From NCBI RefSeq assembly GCF_009914755.1, contig NC_060925.1: a stretch of DNA of 64,000 nt; one strand, written 5' to 3'. The DNA is from the human T2T-CHM13v2.0 reference genome, Homo sapiens. Both the position numbers and the translations under genes were made by a program. The notes under the pieces are model-generated. The model was given only the letters and a program-made list of their open reading frames with translations, ran no database searches and was not told the origin of the DNA. This document shows, one piece after another, positions 21,386 through 34,984 of this stretch (position 1 is its first letter; each line of letters starts with the position of its first letter).

Positions 21386-24300
21386 TCAGTAGCCCAATTT
21401 TTGGAGAAGAGGTGTTCAATATTTCACAATTAGCAAGTACCTAATAAATGATAAGTTAACTTCCTTGGACCTAAAATTCCACAGACTTCTCAATTCATGG
21501 CCAACTTTGTGGTTAATATGTGTTTATATTGCTAAGGATAAGAGGAAAATATATCTTGTTTTTTCTATTTTCAATCCAGTTTTGGTGCTACATTCTGCCT
21601 CTTAACTAAAAGCTCTTCAAGTAACCAGGACATTGATACCTTTGTCCTGTTTAGGATTTTGGTCTTATGGTCAAATTCACTTGATCTGCCGTGGCTGAAT
21701 TCAAGTTTTTACCTTCAGTTTCAGTTTGTTCTAACCTCTTTTTAACTAATTTCACTTTGGCTGAGTTCTGCCCAGATGCCTTCACAAGAACCCCGAGGGT
21801 TGGCTTGACAAATTCAATAGGATTTTCGTTGTTTCCTATAATAGACAATATGACACTAATTCCAATTACACTTCCCCTCTTAATTTGGTGTTATGATTTT
21901 CATGAATCTAAATTATCTCTATATTTTAAGCCCCATAAGGCAGTAACTATGCATTAGATTTACCATTTGCTTTCTCTATTGCTCTTCATTCCCTCTTGGA
22001 TTGCTAGGATAACTTTCCTTCTGTCCAAAGAATTCCTTTAAGCATTTACTTTATTGTGGGTCCCCTGGTGATGAATTCTGTTTTGGCTTATCGCTAAAGA
22101 TACATATTTCATTTTTACATCAGTGATGTTTTCCCTGAATAAACAACTCTAGGTTGGAATTTTTGTTTTTCATGTTTTCTTTTGCCACTTTAAAGATGTC
22201 ATTGCATTGCCTTCTGGCTTCTATTTCTCTTTGGAAAAAGTAGCTGTCAGTCTTATTGATGTTCCTTTAAGGATAATGTGTCTTTTTCCTTAGATGCTTT
22301 TAAGATTATAGTTTGCAGAAATTTTATAATCATGAACCTAATTGTGATTTCCCTTGTATTTGTCGCACTTGGGGTTTGTGGTACTTCTCTGATATCTTCC
22401 ATCAGTTTTGAAAAAATCGCAGCCATTGTATCTTCAAATATTGCTTCTGCATTATTATCTCTCTCCTTATCTCTGTACCTCCAATTATATGTATGTTAGA
22501 CTTTTTCTCTGTGTTCTGTATAGCCCTCATGATGCTATTTTTGCATTTTTTGGTCTTTTTGCTCAATGAAGTTCAATTTTAATATTTTAACTGAAGTATT
22601 TTCTAGTTCACAAATCCCCTTTTTTGTTACGTCTAATAAGCGGTTTGGTCCTAATTTCAGTTGTCTCATTCTTTGGTTCTAGAAGTTTCATTTGATACTT
22701 TTATTTTATTATTATTATTTATTATTTTTGTACCTACATAGTAGGTGTATATATTTACAGGGTACATGAGATGTTTTGAAACAGGCATGCAATGTGAAAT
22801 AAGCACACCAAAGAGAATGGGGTAGCCATCCCCTTAAGCATTTATCCTTTGATTTACAAAGAATCCAATTACACTCTTTAAGTTATTTTAAATTATACAG
22901 TTAGGTTATTATTGACTATAGGCACCCTATCATGCTATCAAATAGTAGGTCTTATTCATTCTTTCTAACTATATTTTTTGTACCCATTAACCATCCACAT
23001 CTCTTCCCTCCCCTCCCACCATCCTTCCCAGCTTCTAGTAACCATTCTTCTGCTTTCTATGTCCATAACTTCAATTGTTTTCATTTTTAGATCCCACAAA
23101 TTAGTGAGAACATGTGATGTCTCTCTTTCTGTACCTGGCTTATTTCACTTAACATAATGATCTTAATGATCTTTAGTTCCATCCATGTTGTTGCAAATGA
23201 CAGGATCTCATTCTTTTTATGGCTGAATGGTACTCCATTGTGTATATGTACCACATTTTCTTTATCCATTGATCTGTTGATGGACACTTAGGTTGCTCCC
23301 AAATCTTAGCTATTGTATATAGTGCTGCAACAAACATAGGAGTGTAGACATCTTTTCAATATACTGATTTCCTTTCTTTTGAGTATATACCCAGCAGTGG
23401 GATTGCTGGATTCCACTGGTAGCTCAATTTTCAGTTTTTTAAGGAAACTCTAAACTGTTCTCCATGGTTGTTGTACTAATTTACATTTCCACTAACGTGT
23501 TTGGGGGTTCTCTTTTCTCCACATCCTCGCCAGCCTTTGTTATTGCCTGTCTTTTGAAATATAAGCCATTTTAACTGGGGTGAGATAAATCTTATTGTAG
23601 TTTTTCATTTGCATTTCTCTGATAATCAGTGATGTTGAGCACGTTTTGATATGCCTGTTGTCATTTGTGTGTCTTCTTTTGAGAAATGTCTTTTCAAATC
23701 TTTTGCCCATTTTTGATTGGATTATTAGATTTTTTTATAGAGTTGCTTGAGCTCTTTTTATATTCTGGTTATTAATCCCTTGTCAGAGAGTTTGCAAATA
23801 TTTTCTCCCATTCTGTGCATTGTCTCTTCACTTTGTTGATTACTTGCTTTGCTGTGCAGAAGGTTTTTAACTTGATGTGATCCTATTCATCCATGTTTGC
23901 TTTGGTCACCTGTGCCTGTGGGTATTATTTAAGAAAACTTTGCCCAGTCCAACATCCTAGAGAGTTTCCCTCGTGTTTTCTTTTAGTTGTCGCATCATTT
24001 TAGGTCTTAGATTTAGGTCTTTAATCCATTTTGGTTTTATTTTTGTGTATGGTTAGAGATAGGGGTCTAGTTTCATTCATTTGTATATGGAGATCCAGTT
24101 TTCCCAACACCATTTATTGAAGAGACTGTCTTTTTCCCAGTGTATGTTCTTGACACCTATGTCAAAAATGAGTTTACTGTAGGTATGTGAATTTATTTCT
24201 GGGTATTCTATTGTGTTCCATTGGTCTTTGTGACTGTTCTTATGCCAGTACCATGCTGTTGTGGTTACTAAGGCTCTGTGATATGATTCGAAGTTATGTG

Positions 24301-27300
24301 ATTCCTCCAGATTTGTTCTTTTTACTTAGAATAGCTTTGGCTATTCTGGGTCTTTTGTGGTTTCATATAAATATTAGGATATTTTTTTCTATTTTTGTGA
24401 AGAATGTCATTGGTATTTTGATAGGAATTTCATTGAATCTGTGGGATTGCTTTGGATGGTATGGACATTTTAACAGTATTGATTCTTCCAGTACATGAAC
24501 ATGGGATCTCTCTCCTTTTTGTGTGTGTCATCTTCAATTTCTTTCATCAATGTTTTAGTTTTTGTTATAGAAATCTTTCACTTTTTTGGTGAATTTAATT
24601 TCTAGGATTTAATTTTATTAGCATCTGTTATAAGTGGGATTACTTTCTTGATTTCTTTTCAGAATATGTGCTATATTTTCAGAATATATGCATATTTTCT
24701 ATATGCTATATCAGTAGCATATAGAAATGCTACTGATCTTTGCGTATTGATTTTGTGCCCTGCAACATTACTGAATTTGTTTATTGGTTCTAATAGGTTT
24801 TTTTTTTTTTTTTGGTGGAGTCTTTGGATTTTTCCAGATATAAGATCATATTATTTGCAGACAAGGATAATTTGACTTCTTCCTTTCCAATTCAGATGCC
24901 TTTCATTTTTTTCTCTTGTCTGATTGCTTTAAATAGGACTTCCAGTACTATGGTGAATAACAGTGGTGAAAGTGGGCATCCTTGTTGTGTTTCAGATCTT
25001 AGAGGAAAGAATTTCGGTTTTCTCCATTCAGTATGATACTAGCTGTGGGTCTGTTTTATATTGCTTTTATTATGTTGAGGTATTTTACCTCAATACCCAG
25101 TTTGTTTAGTGTTTTTATCATGAAGGGATGTTGAATTTTATCAAATGTTTTTTCAGCATCAATTGAAATGACCATATGGTTTTTGTCCTTTATTCTGTTG
25201 ATATGATGTATCACATTGATTGATTTGCATATGTTGAACCATCCTTGCATCCCAAGAATAAATCCCACTCAGTCGTGATGAATGATCTTTTTAATATATT
25301 ACTGCATTTGATTTGCTAGTATTTTGCTGAGGATTTTTGCATCAATGTTCACCGGGGATATTAGCGTTTAGTTTTCTTCTTTGATGTGTCTTTATCTGCT
25401 TTTGGTATCAGGATAATACTGGCATCATAGAATGGTTTGGAAGTATTCCTTCTTCCTTTATTTTTTGAAATAGTTTGAGTAGGATTGGTATTAGTTCTTC
25501 TTTAAATGTGTGGTAGAATTCAGCAGTGAAGCCATCAGATCCCATGTTTTTATTTACTGGTAGGCTTTATATTAGAGCTTCTATCTTGTTACTTTTATTG
25601 GCCTATTTAGGTTTTGAATTTCTTCCTGGTTCAATCTTGGTAGGTTGCATGTATCTAAGAATTTGTTCATTTCTTTTCAATTTTCCAATTTATTGACATA
25701 TAGTTGCTCATAGTAGCCACTAATGATCCTTTGAATTTCTGCAGTATCAGTTGTAGTGTCTCTGTTTTCATTTCTGGTTTTATTTATTTGAATTTTCTCT
25801 CTTTTTTTCTTAGTTAGTCTGGCTAAAGGTTTGTCAATCTTGTTTAACTTTTCAAAAAAACAACTTTTTGTTTCATTGATCTTTTGTATTTTTTAATTTC
25901 AATTTCATTTATTTTTGCTCTGATTTTATTATTTATTTTCTTCTACTAGTTTTCGGTTTGGTTTTCTCTTGCTTTTCTAGTTTTTAAAGATGCATCATTA
26001 GATTATTCATTTGAAGTTTTTCCTCTTTTTTGATGTAGGAATTTATAGCTATAAACTTCCATCTTAGTACTGCTTTTGCTGTATCCCATAGGTTTTGGTA
26101 TATTATGTTTCCATGATTATTTGTTTCAAGAAATTTTTCAATTTCCTTCTTAATTTCTTTATTGACCTACTGGTCATTCAGGAGAATATTTTTTAATTTT
26201 TATGTATTTGTGCAGTTTCCAAAATTCCTCTTGTTATTAATTTCTAGTTTCATTCCATTGTGGTCAGAGAAGATGCTTGATATTATTTTGATTTGTTTTA
26301 ATGTTTTAAGACTTGTTTTGTATTTAATATATGGTCTATCCTTGAGAATGATCCATATGCTGTGGAAACAAATGTGTATTCTGCAGCTCTTAGCTGAAAT
26401 GTTGTGTAAATATCTATTAGATCCATTTGGTCTATAGTACAGATTAAGCATGATGTTTCTTTGTTAATTTTCTGTCTGGAAGATCTATCCAATGCTGAAA
26501 GTGTGGTGCTGACATCTCCAGCTATTATTGTATTGGTGCCTATCTTTCTCATTAGCACTAATAACATTTTCTTTATATATTTGAGTGCTCCAATGCTGGG
26601 TGCATATATATTTATAATTGTTATATCATCTTGCTGAAGTGACCCCTTTATCATTATACAGTGACCTTCTTTGTCTCTTCTTACAGGGATTTTGTCTTAA
26701 AATCTATTTTATCTGATGTAAGTATAGCAACTCTTGCTCTTTTTTTGTTTTTATTTGCATGGAATGTCTTTTTTCATCCTTTTATTTTCAGTCTATGTGT
26801 GTATTTATAGGTGAAGTGTGTTTCTTGTAGGCAACAGCTCAATGGATATTGTTTTTCCATCCATTCAGCCAGTCTCTGTCTTTCGATTGGAGAGTTTAGT
26901 CCATTTACATTCAATGTTATTATTGATAATTAAGGATTTACTCCTACTATTTTAGTATTTGTTTTCTGGTGGTTTTATGGTCTTCTCTTTCATCTTTCCT
27001 TCCTGTCTTCCTCTAGTGAAGGTAATTTTCTCTGGGGATATGATTTAATTGCTTACTTTTTATTTTTTGTGTATCCATTGTATGTTTTTTGGTTTGAGAT
27101 AATCATGAGATTTGCAAATACTATCTTATAAGCCATTATTTTAACCTGATAACAACTGGACACTATTTGCATAAACAAACAAACAAGCAAAAAGAAAACT
27201 AATAAAAACTGTATGCCTTAATTTCATCCAACTGCTTTTAACTTTTTGTTGTTTCTATTTATATCTTTTTGTACGGAGTATGTCTTGAAAAGTTGTTGTA

Positions 27301-28019
27301 GTTATCATATTTGATTAGTTCATTGTTTAGTCTTTCTACTTAGGATAAGAGTAGTTTACACACCACAGTTAAAGTGTTACAATATTCTGTGTTTTTCTGT
27401 GTACTTACTATTACCAGTGAGTTTTGTTTCTTCTGGTGATTATTGCTTCTTAATGTCCTTTCTTTTCTGATTGAAGTACTCTCATTAATATTTCTTGTAG
27501 AACAGGTCTAGTATTGATAAAATCATCTCTCAACTTTTTTTGTCCAAGAAAGCCTTTATTTCTCCTTCACATTGGAAGGATATTTTCATCAGATATACTA
27601 TTCTAGGGTAGAAGTTTTTTTTTCTTCAGCACTTTAAAAATGTCATGCCACTCGTTCATGGACTGTAAGGTTTCCACTGAAAAGTCTGCTGCCAGACATA
27701 TTGGAGCTCCATTGTATGTTGTTTGTTTTTTCTTGCTGATTTTAGGATCCTTTTTTATCTTTGACTTTTGGGAGTTTGAATATTAAATGCCTTCAGGAAG
27801 TCTTCTTTGGGTTAATTCTGCTTGGTGTTCTATAACCTTCTTGTACTTGGATATTGATATCTTACTCTAGGTCTGGGACATTCTCTGTTATCATCTCCTT
27901 GAATAAACCTTTTACCCTTATCTCTTTCTCTGCCTCCTCTTTAAGGCCAATAATTCTTAGGTTTGCCCTTTTGAGGCTATTTTCTAGATCCTATAGGCAT
28001 GTTTTCATTGTTTTTTATT

Positions 28020-28333
28020 CTTTTTTCTTTTCTTTTTTTTTTTATTGAGACAGAGTCTTGCTCTGTTGCCCAGGCTGGAGTGCGGTGACATGTTCTCAGT
28101 TCACTGCAACCTGCGCCTCCCGGGTTCAAGTGATTCTCCTGCCTTAGCCTCCCTCCTGAGTAGCTGGGATTACAGACACTTGCCACCATGTCCAGATAAC
28201 TTTTTTTTATTTTTAGTAGAGATGGGGTTTCATCATGTTGGTCAGGCTGGTCTCAAACTCTTGAGCTCAGGTGATCCACCTGCCTCCGCCTCCCAAAGTG
28301 CTGGGATTATAGGCATGAGCCAACACACCCAGC
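28020..28333 (-). mobile_element. AluS inside the L1MA
   Basis: Reverse full dimer. Confidence 0.92.
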
Positions 28334-28408
28334 ATTTTATTATTTTTTCTTTTGTCTCCTCTGACTGTGTATTTTCCAATAGCTTGTCTCCAAGCTCACT
28401 AAATCTTT

Positions 28409-28719
<311 letters not shown>

Positions 28720-28774
28720 CAAGCTCACTAAATCTTTCTTCGGCTTGATCAATTCTGCTATTAAGAAACTCTGA

Positions 28775-29106
<332 letters not shown>

Positions 29107-31365
29107 CTAATTACATTTTTTAGCTCCAATTATATTTTTCTGCTTGGTTCTTTTTATATCAATCTCTTTGTTAAATTTATCTGATAGAATTCTAAATTCC
29201 TTCTCTGTGTTATCTTGAATTTCTTTGAGTTTCCTCAACACAGCTATTTCGAATTCTGTGTCTGAAAGGTCACATATCTCTGTTTCTCCAGGATTGGTCC
29301 TTGGTGCTTTATTTACTTCATTTGGTGGGGTCATGTTTTCCTGGATGGTGTTGATGCTAATAGATGTTCTTCAGTGTCTGGGTATTGAAGAGTTAATTAT
29401 TTATTGTAGTCTCCACTGTCTGGGCTTATTTGTGGCTATCCTTCTTGGGAAGGCTTTCTAGATATTTGAAAGAACTTGCATGTTGTTAACTAAGCTGTAT
29501 CTACTTTAGGGGGCACCCCAAGCCCAGTAACGCTATGGTTCTTGCAGACTCACAGAGGTACACCTTGATGGCCTTGGACAAGATCTGGGAGAATTCTCTG
29601 GATTCCCAGGCAGAGACTCTTGTTCTCTTCCCTTACTTTCTCCAAAACAAACAGAGTCTCTGTCTCTCTGCTCTGAGCCACCTAAAGCTGGGAGTGGAGT
29701 GACACAAGCACCCCTGTGGCCACCACCACTATGACTGCACTAGGTCTGACCTGAAGACAGTACAGCACTAAGTTTTGCCCAAACACTGTTGTAATCACTC
29801 CCTGGTTACTGCTAATGTTTGCTTAAGGCTCTGGGACTCTAATCAGCAGATGGCAAAGCCAGCTAGGCCTGTGTTTTTCCTTTCAGGATGGTGAGGTCCC
29901 CCAGGCCCTGGATGGGTTCAGAAGTACTGTCTAGGAATCAGGGATAAGAGTCAAAAGCCTTAGAAGTCTTCCTTTGTGTTCTATTGCATTGTGGCTGAGC
30001 TGGCATTCAAACCACCAGATGCAGTCCTTTCCACTCTTCCCTCCCCTTACCAAAAGCAGAGGAGCCTCACCCCATATCTACCCACCCTAGACCACCAGGA
30101 GTGTTGCCAGACTACCAGATAGTGTTCCTTTAAGGCCCAAGGGCTCTTAAGTCAGCTTGTGGTGAATGCTGCCTGGCCTGGGACTCACCAATCAGGGCAG
30201 AGGCCTACCCTCTGGCCCATGGCAGGTCCAGAAATCCTATCTGAGAGTTAAGTCCTAGAATTGGGGACCCCAAGAGCACGCCTGATGCTCTGCTTTGCTG
30301 TGGCCATGCTGGTAGATGAAGCCAGAAAGTCTCAGAGGCTCACCAAGTCCCTCAGTGTAGTACCTGGGTATCGCTGCTGGTTTTTCAGGGCCCAAGGGCT
30401 CTTCAGTTAGCAGGTGATGAATGCTTCTAGGACTGGATCCTTCTCTTCAAGGCAGCAGGTTCCCTTCTGACCCAGGGTGTGTCTAGAAATGTCATCTGGG
30501 ATCTGGGGCCTGGAACGAGGAGGAGAGTCATGACTCTGTCCAATGCCCTATTTGGCCAGCTATGGGTGAGCGGGTATCCAAGATGGAAGACAAAATCCTC
30601 CCCACTCTTTCCTCTCCTCTCCTCTCCTCAAGTGGAAGGAAGGGGTCTCTTTTGGAGCCACGAGTTGTGCAGCCTGGGGTTAGGGGAGGGATGATGCCAG
30701 CACTCCCTTGGCTGTCCCAGCTTTTGTCTCAGTATGTTGCATGCCCCCACAGTCCACTGTCTCTGGGCCTAGTTCAGCACTAGGACTCACCTAAGAGTTG
30801 CAGTCCTTATTGCCTAGACTGCCTTTCAAGTTTACTGAAGACACAGAGCACTGTAGCCCTCCATGGTGAGGTTTGCAGGCACTCAAGTTCTGACAGCTGG
30901 GACTGATTCCCCTCTGCCTAGGGCTGGTTTAAATGTGCCCTCTGTGGATGGGTGTCAGCTGAGTTTGGTCTGGTTTTCCTTTCTGCTGTAACAAGACAGC
31001 ACTGAGTTCAATGTCTCACAGCTGCTGTGTTCTCTCTCCCCCAGTGCTCTCTGCACCACTCTGTTGCTGCTGCGGGTTGGGGAGGACTGGTGTAAGCGAT
31101 TCAGGACTGTTTTTCTCTGTCTCTTCAGTGCCTCTTTCAGCAATATGAAGTTAAAACCAGGTACTTTGAGTGCTCACCTGATTTTTTGGTTCTTATGAAG
31201 GTGTTTTTTCTGTGTACATAGTTTTTAACTTGGCATCCTTGTAGGGGTGGGAAGAAGATCTGTGGAGCCTTCCATTCCACCCTCTTGCTCCATCTCTCAT
31301 TTGATGCTGTTATAGACTTTAGTTCTCTGGTGAAATTTTCCCTCTTGATGTCTGTTTTTCTTTCT

Positions 31366-32556
31366 TAAAAAAAATTTGACACGTGATTGTACGTATTTAT
31401 GAGGTACAGTTTGATGGTTTGAGACATGTATGTTGTATAATGATCAAATCAGGGTATTTAGTGTATCCTTCACCTCATGCATTTATCATTTCTTTGTGAT
31501 AAGAACATGCAAAAGGCTCTCTTCTAGCTATTTTGTAATATACAATGCCTTGCTGTTAACCATTGTCATCCTGCTATGCAATAGAACACCAGAACTTATT
31601 TCTTCTATCTAATTGTAACTTTGTACCCCTTGACCAACCTCTCCCCATTGTCTGCTCCCCTGTTTCCTCCCTAGTCTTTGGTAACTACTGTTCTACTCTC
31701 TGCAACTATGAAATCAATTCTTTTCTTTTCTTTAAGATTCTACACATGAGTGAAATCATACAGTATTTGTCTTTCTGTACCTGGCTTATTTCACTTAACA
31801 TGAGGTCCTTCACTACCATCAATATAGTCACAAGTGACAAAATTTTATTTTATTTTTTTATAGCTGAACAGTGTCCCATTGTGTATGTATACTACATTTA
31901 CTACATTTTCTTTATCCATTTATCGGTTATTGAACACTTGGGTTGATTCCGTGTCTTAGTGATTGTAAAATGTGCTGCAATAAACAGGTAACACAGATAT
32001 CTCTTTGTCATACAAATTTGATTCCCTTCGAATATACACTCAGTAATGGGATTGCTAGATTACGTGGAAGTTCTATTTTTAACTTTTAAAGGAATCTTGA
32101 TACTATGTCCCTAGTGGCTGTACTAATTTACAATCCCACTAATAGTGTGTAAGTGTCCCCTTTTCTTCACACCCTTGCCGACACTTGTTTTCTTATGTCT
32201 TTTTAATAAAATCCGTTCTAACTGGAGTGAAATGGTATCTCACTGTGGTTTTGATTTGTGTTTTCCTGATGATTAGTGTTGTTGAGCATTTTTTCATGTA
32301 CATGTTGGCCAACTGTCTGTCTTCTTTTGAGAAATGTCCATTGAGGTCTTTTGTTCATTTTTAAGTTGGGTTTTTTTGTTTTGTTGTTGTTGTTGTTGCC
32401 GTTCTTCATATATTCTGGATATTAACCCCCTGTCAAATGTGTGGTTTGCAAGTATTTTCTTCTATTCTGTAGGTTCTCTCTTCACTCTGTTTCCTCTGCT
32501 GTGCAAAAGCTTTTCAGTTTGATATAGTTCTATTTGCCTATTTTTATTTTTGTTGT
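31366..32556 (-). mobile_element. L1MA4/5-like 3' fragment
   Basis: 3'UTR TATAATGATCAAATCAGGGTATTTAG...; ORF2 C-terminal text. Confidence 0.8.
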
Positions 32557-34829
32557 GACATCTATCTTTCTTGAGCATATTAATCGGTTTTCTAAAAGTC
32601 CATATCTCATAATTCTAATATCTGAGTTAACTATGAATATGTTTCTCTTGTCTTGTTTTTAAATTCTGTTTCTTGATATGTATAGTAATAGTTTATTGAA
32701 TGTACAGAATTTTTAATGAGAAACTGTAGACAATTAGAATTATGTTGTCTTTACCCAGAGAAATTTATCCTATCCTTTACAGACAGCTATAGGAAAGGAG
32801 ATCACATTGATAAAAGCAAGGAGTGAGCTGACACAAGTCTGTCGTAACCTTTGTAAGGCTTTGTATATCTCTGGCACACCAACTGAGAGCCTAGGGCTCT
32901 GACTAAAGCTCTTCCTCCTTGGCAGATCCTGCAGAGCTCCATGTTCTATCTCCTAAGGAGATATCCCCATGAGACTGCCCCAAATTCTTTTTTGTTTTTC
33001 ACCTGCTTTCTGCTTTGCCTTTTAACCGCTTATCTATGCATCTTACAAATTTAACAACCTAGGTGAAAGCGAATTTAACACTTCTAGGTGAAACAACAGA
33101 TTTAGCACCTCTAGGTGAGAGCCAGAGTATCCTCATGCTCTCTTCTCTCAGAGATCTTGGGTCCTCAGGTCCTGTCTCCCTTGGCAGTCCTAAACTCTAA
33201 TTTTTTTTCTCTCTATGAGACTGCTGAAAGCTTCACTGGCTCTGCCTCTTAACATCCACCTTCTGCTCAATTCTCAACCTTTTTTCTTGCCCAAAATTAG
33301 TAAAATCCCTGAATGTGACACAGAGGATATCAGGGTCCTCTCAATTAGTTTCTCTCTTCTCTGGGATATTGGCTACTCACATCCTGGATGTCCTGGCTGC
33401 TCTTTGATGCCATGTAAGACATATGTATTTTGTATTTTATATGGATTTTCCAGGTGTTTTCAGTAACAGACTTGTTCTGCTACAAGATACTCTATCATGA
33501 CCAAATTAGAATGTTTCCTATAATAGAAATATATAATTTATCTCTTTCTGCTTCCATCTTTCCAAAATTGGCTTTTGGTTCTTTCTCAGATACATGAGAA
33601 TTATCTTCCAATACTACTTAAATGTTTAATGACTTTGACACGTTAAGGCTGAGCCTCCCTAGTTCATACTTCTGATTATATCCAGAGTTTCAAATAAGAG
33701 AATGTGGCTGTTACATATTTCCTGAGTTATGAACTTCTGATCTAATGTCTGGGAAGACATATTTCCTTAATCTGAGTTTTCAAGCTTCAGGTTAACCTCT
33801 GCTAACTTCCAAGTTTTGCAGATGTAGTGAAGTTCTTCCTGTTGCTCAGAAGTAGAGTTTCCTTATTTATTCTGCAAACATTTATTTGACCCCAACAATT
33901 TCTTGGTTATTTCCTTTTTGAGCCTACATGTTTGCTATAAAATTCCTCAAAATGAGGAAAATATGAGACAATTCTATATAAATCTGTTCATATACCATTA
34001 CTATTTTCCCTGTCTTTTGTGATTCCTTTAAAAAGTATCTTTTAACTATATTTGGAATTCATCCAATGATGCCCATTTATTACAACTGCATTAGGCATTA
34101 TTAAGTCAATTAAAATATATAATTCAGTAGGCAGTGCATTGAGCCTAATTTAAAAGGCATATATTGGAGCCATAATGGATTGCTGTGTTGTCAGATATGG
34201 CAGTTCTTCAACTGTTGCTGATAAAGATGAAACTCTTTTTTGAAAAGTAAAAGACATCTGCAGCTGCTTTGAAAGTCAACTGACATTTTGTTAATTAGCA
34301 TTTATTTACAATAGTTGAATAACAATATCAAACTACAGTAAGGAATGAGCAGTTAACATTTAAAAAAATGCTGGTGACATTAAGTTTCATCATTTGGCAT
34401 CTAGTTAAAAACACAGATTCTTTCAGGGGTATAGAAGAGAAATCACTGATGTCTGTTTAAATGTAAAATAAACTGGCAAAGGAAGCTAGAGCTGCCAGAG
34501 AGGGCTTAAGATGTGGCCCTGGGTCTTAGAATGGAATAGACGTGCAAACCATTAGTTGAGTGTCCAGTTAGGCAAGAGGGGAGGATAAGAAGAAATAGAA
34601 GAAATTTTTTCCTTATTATTGGCTTTTTAAACACATACCAAATTATCACTGGAATTTTGTCAGTCAGCAGATTCCAGATGACTAAGATGATCAAATTAAG
34701 ATGTCACGTTCAACTCATGTCCTGCAGTGTTTCACCATCAACCTCTGGGTTTGAAACAAGCAGGGAGTAAGAGGAAAGAGAAGAGCCTAATTTTATCAGG
34801 AACATGTTGGTCTATAAAAATTAATATCA

Positions 34830-34936
34830 GGCTGATCCAAGGGTAGTGAGTTATCTCAGTTGATTGTTCACGGTCACAGATCGAAGTCCTTGTTCTACGC
34901 TTTCTCCCTTCCCACTACTGTACTTGACTAGTCTTT
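34830..34936 (+). pseudogene. Y1 RNA (RNY1-derived) retropseudogene
   Basis: GGCTGATCCAAGGGTAGTGAGTTATCTCA.TTGATTGTTCAC...CACTACTG.ACTTGACTAGTCTTT is colinear with hY1, with a 4-nt internal deletion; no upstream PSE/TATA seen. Confidence 0.93.
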
Positions 34937-34941
34937 AAGAG

Positions 34942-34979
<38 letters not shown>
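34937..34979 (+). repeat. (GA)n microsatellite at the Y1 tail position
   Basis: AAGAGAAAGAAA(GA)n. Confidence 0.9.

Positions 34980-34984
<5 letters not shown>

Noticed and set aside
21651-21848. 65-aa minus ORF with protein-like composition
   Set aside because: Non-ATG start, short, no recognisable motif; the frame closes again shortly after the stop
33215-33466. ORF-track entry labelled minus strand (MRLLKASL...)
   Set aside because: The peptide reads on the + strand (ATG 33215-33217, TAA 33464-33466), so the label looks wrong. It lies in old L1 sequence and is not a credible gene.
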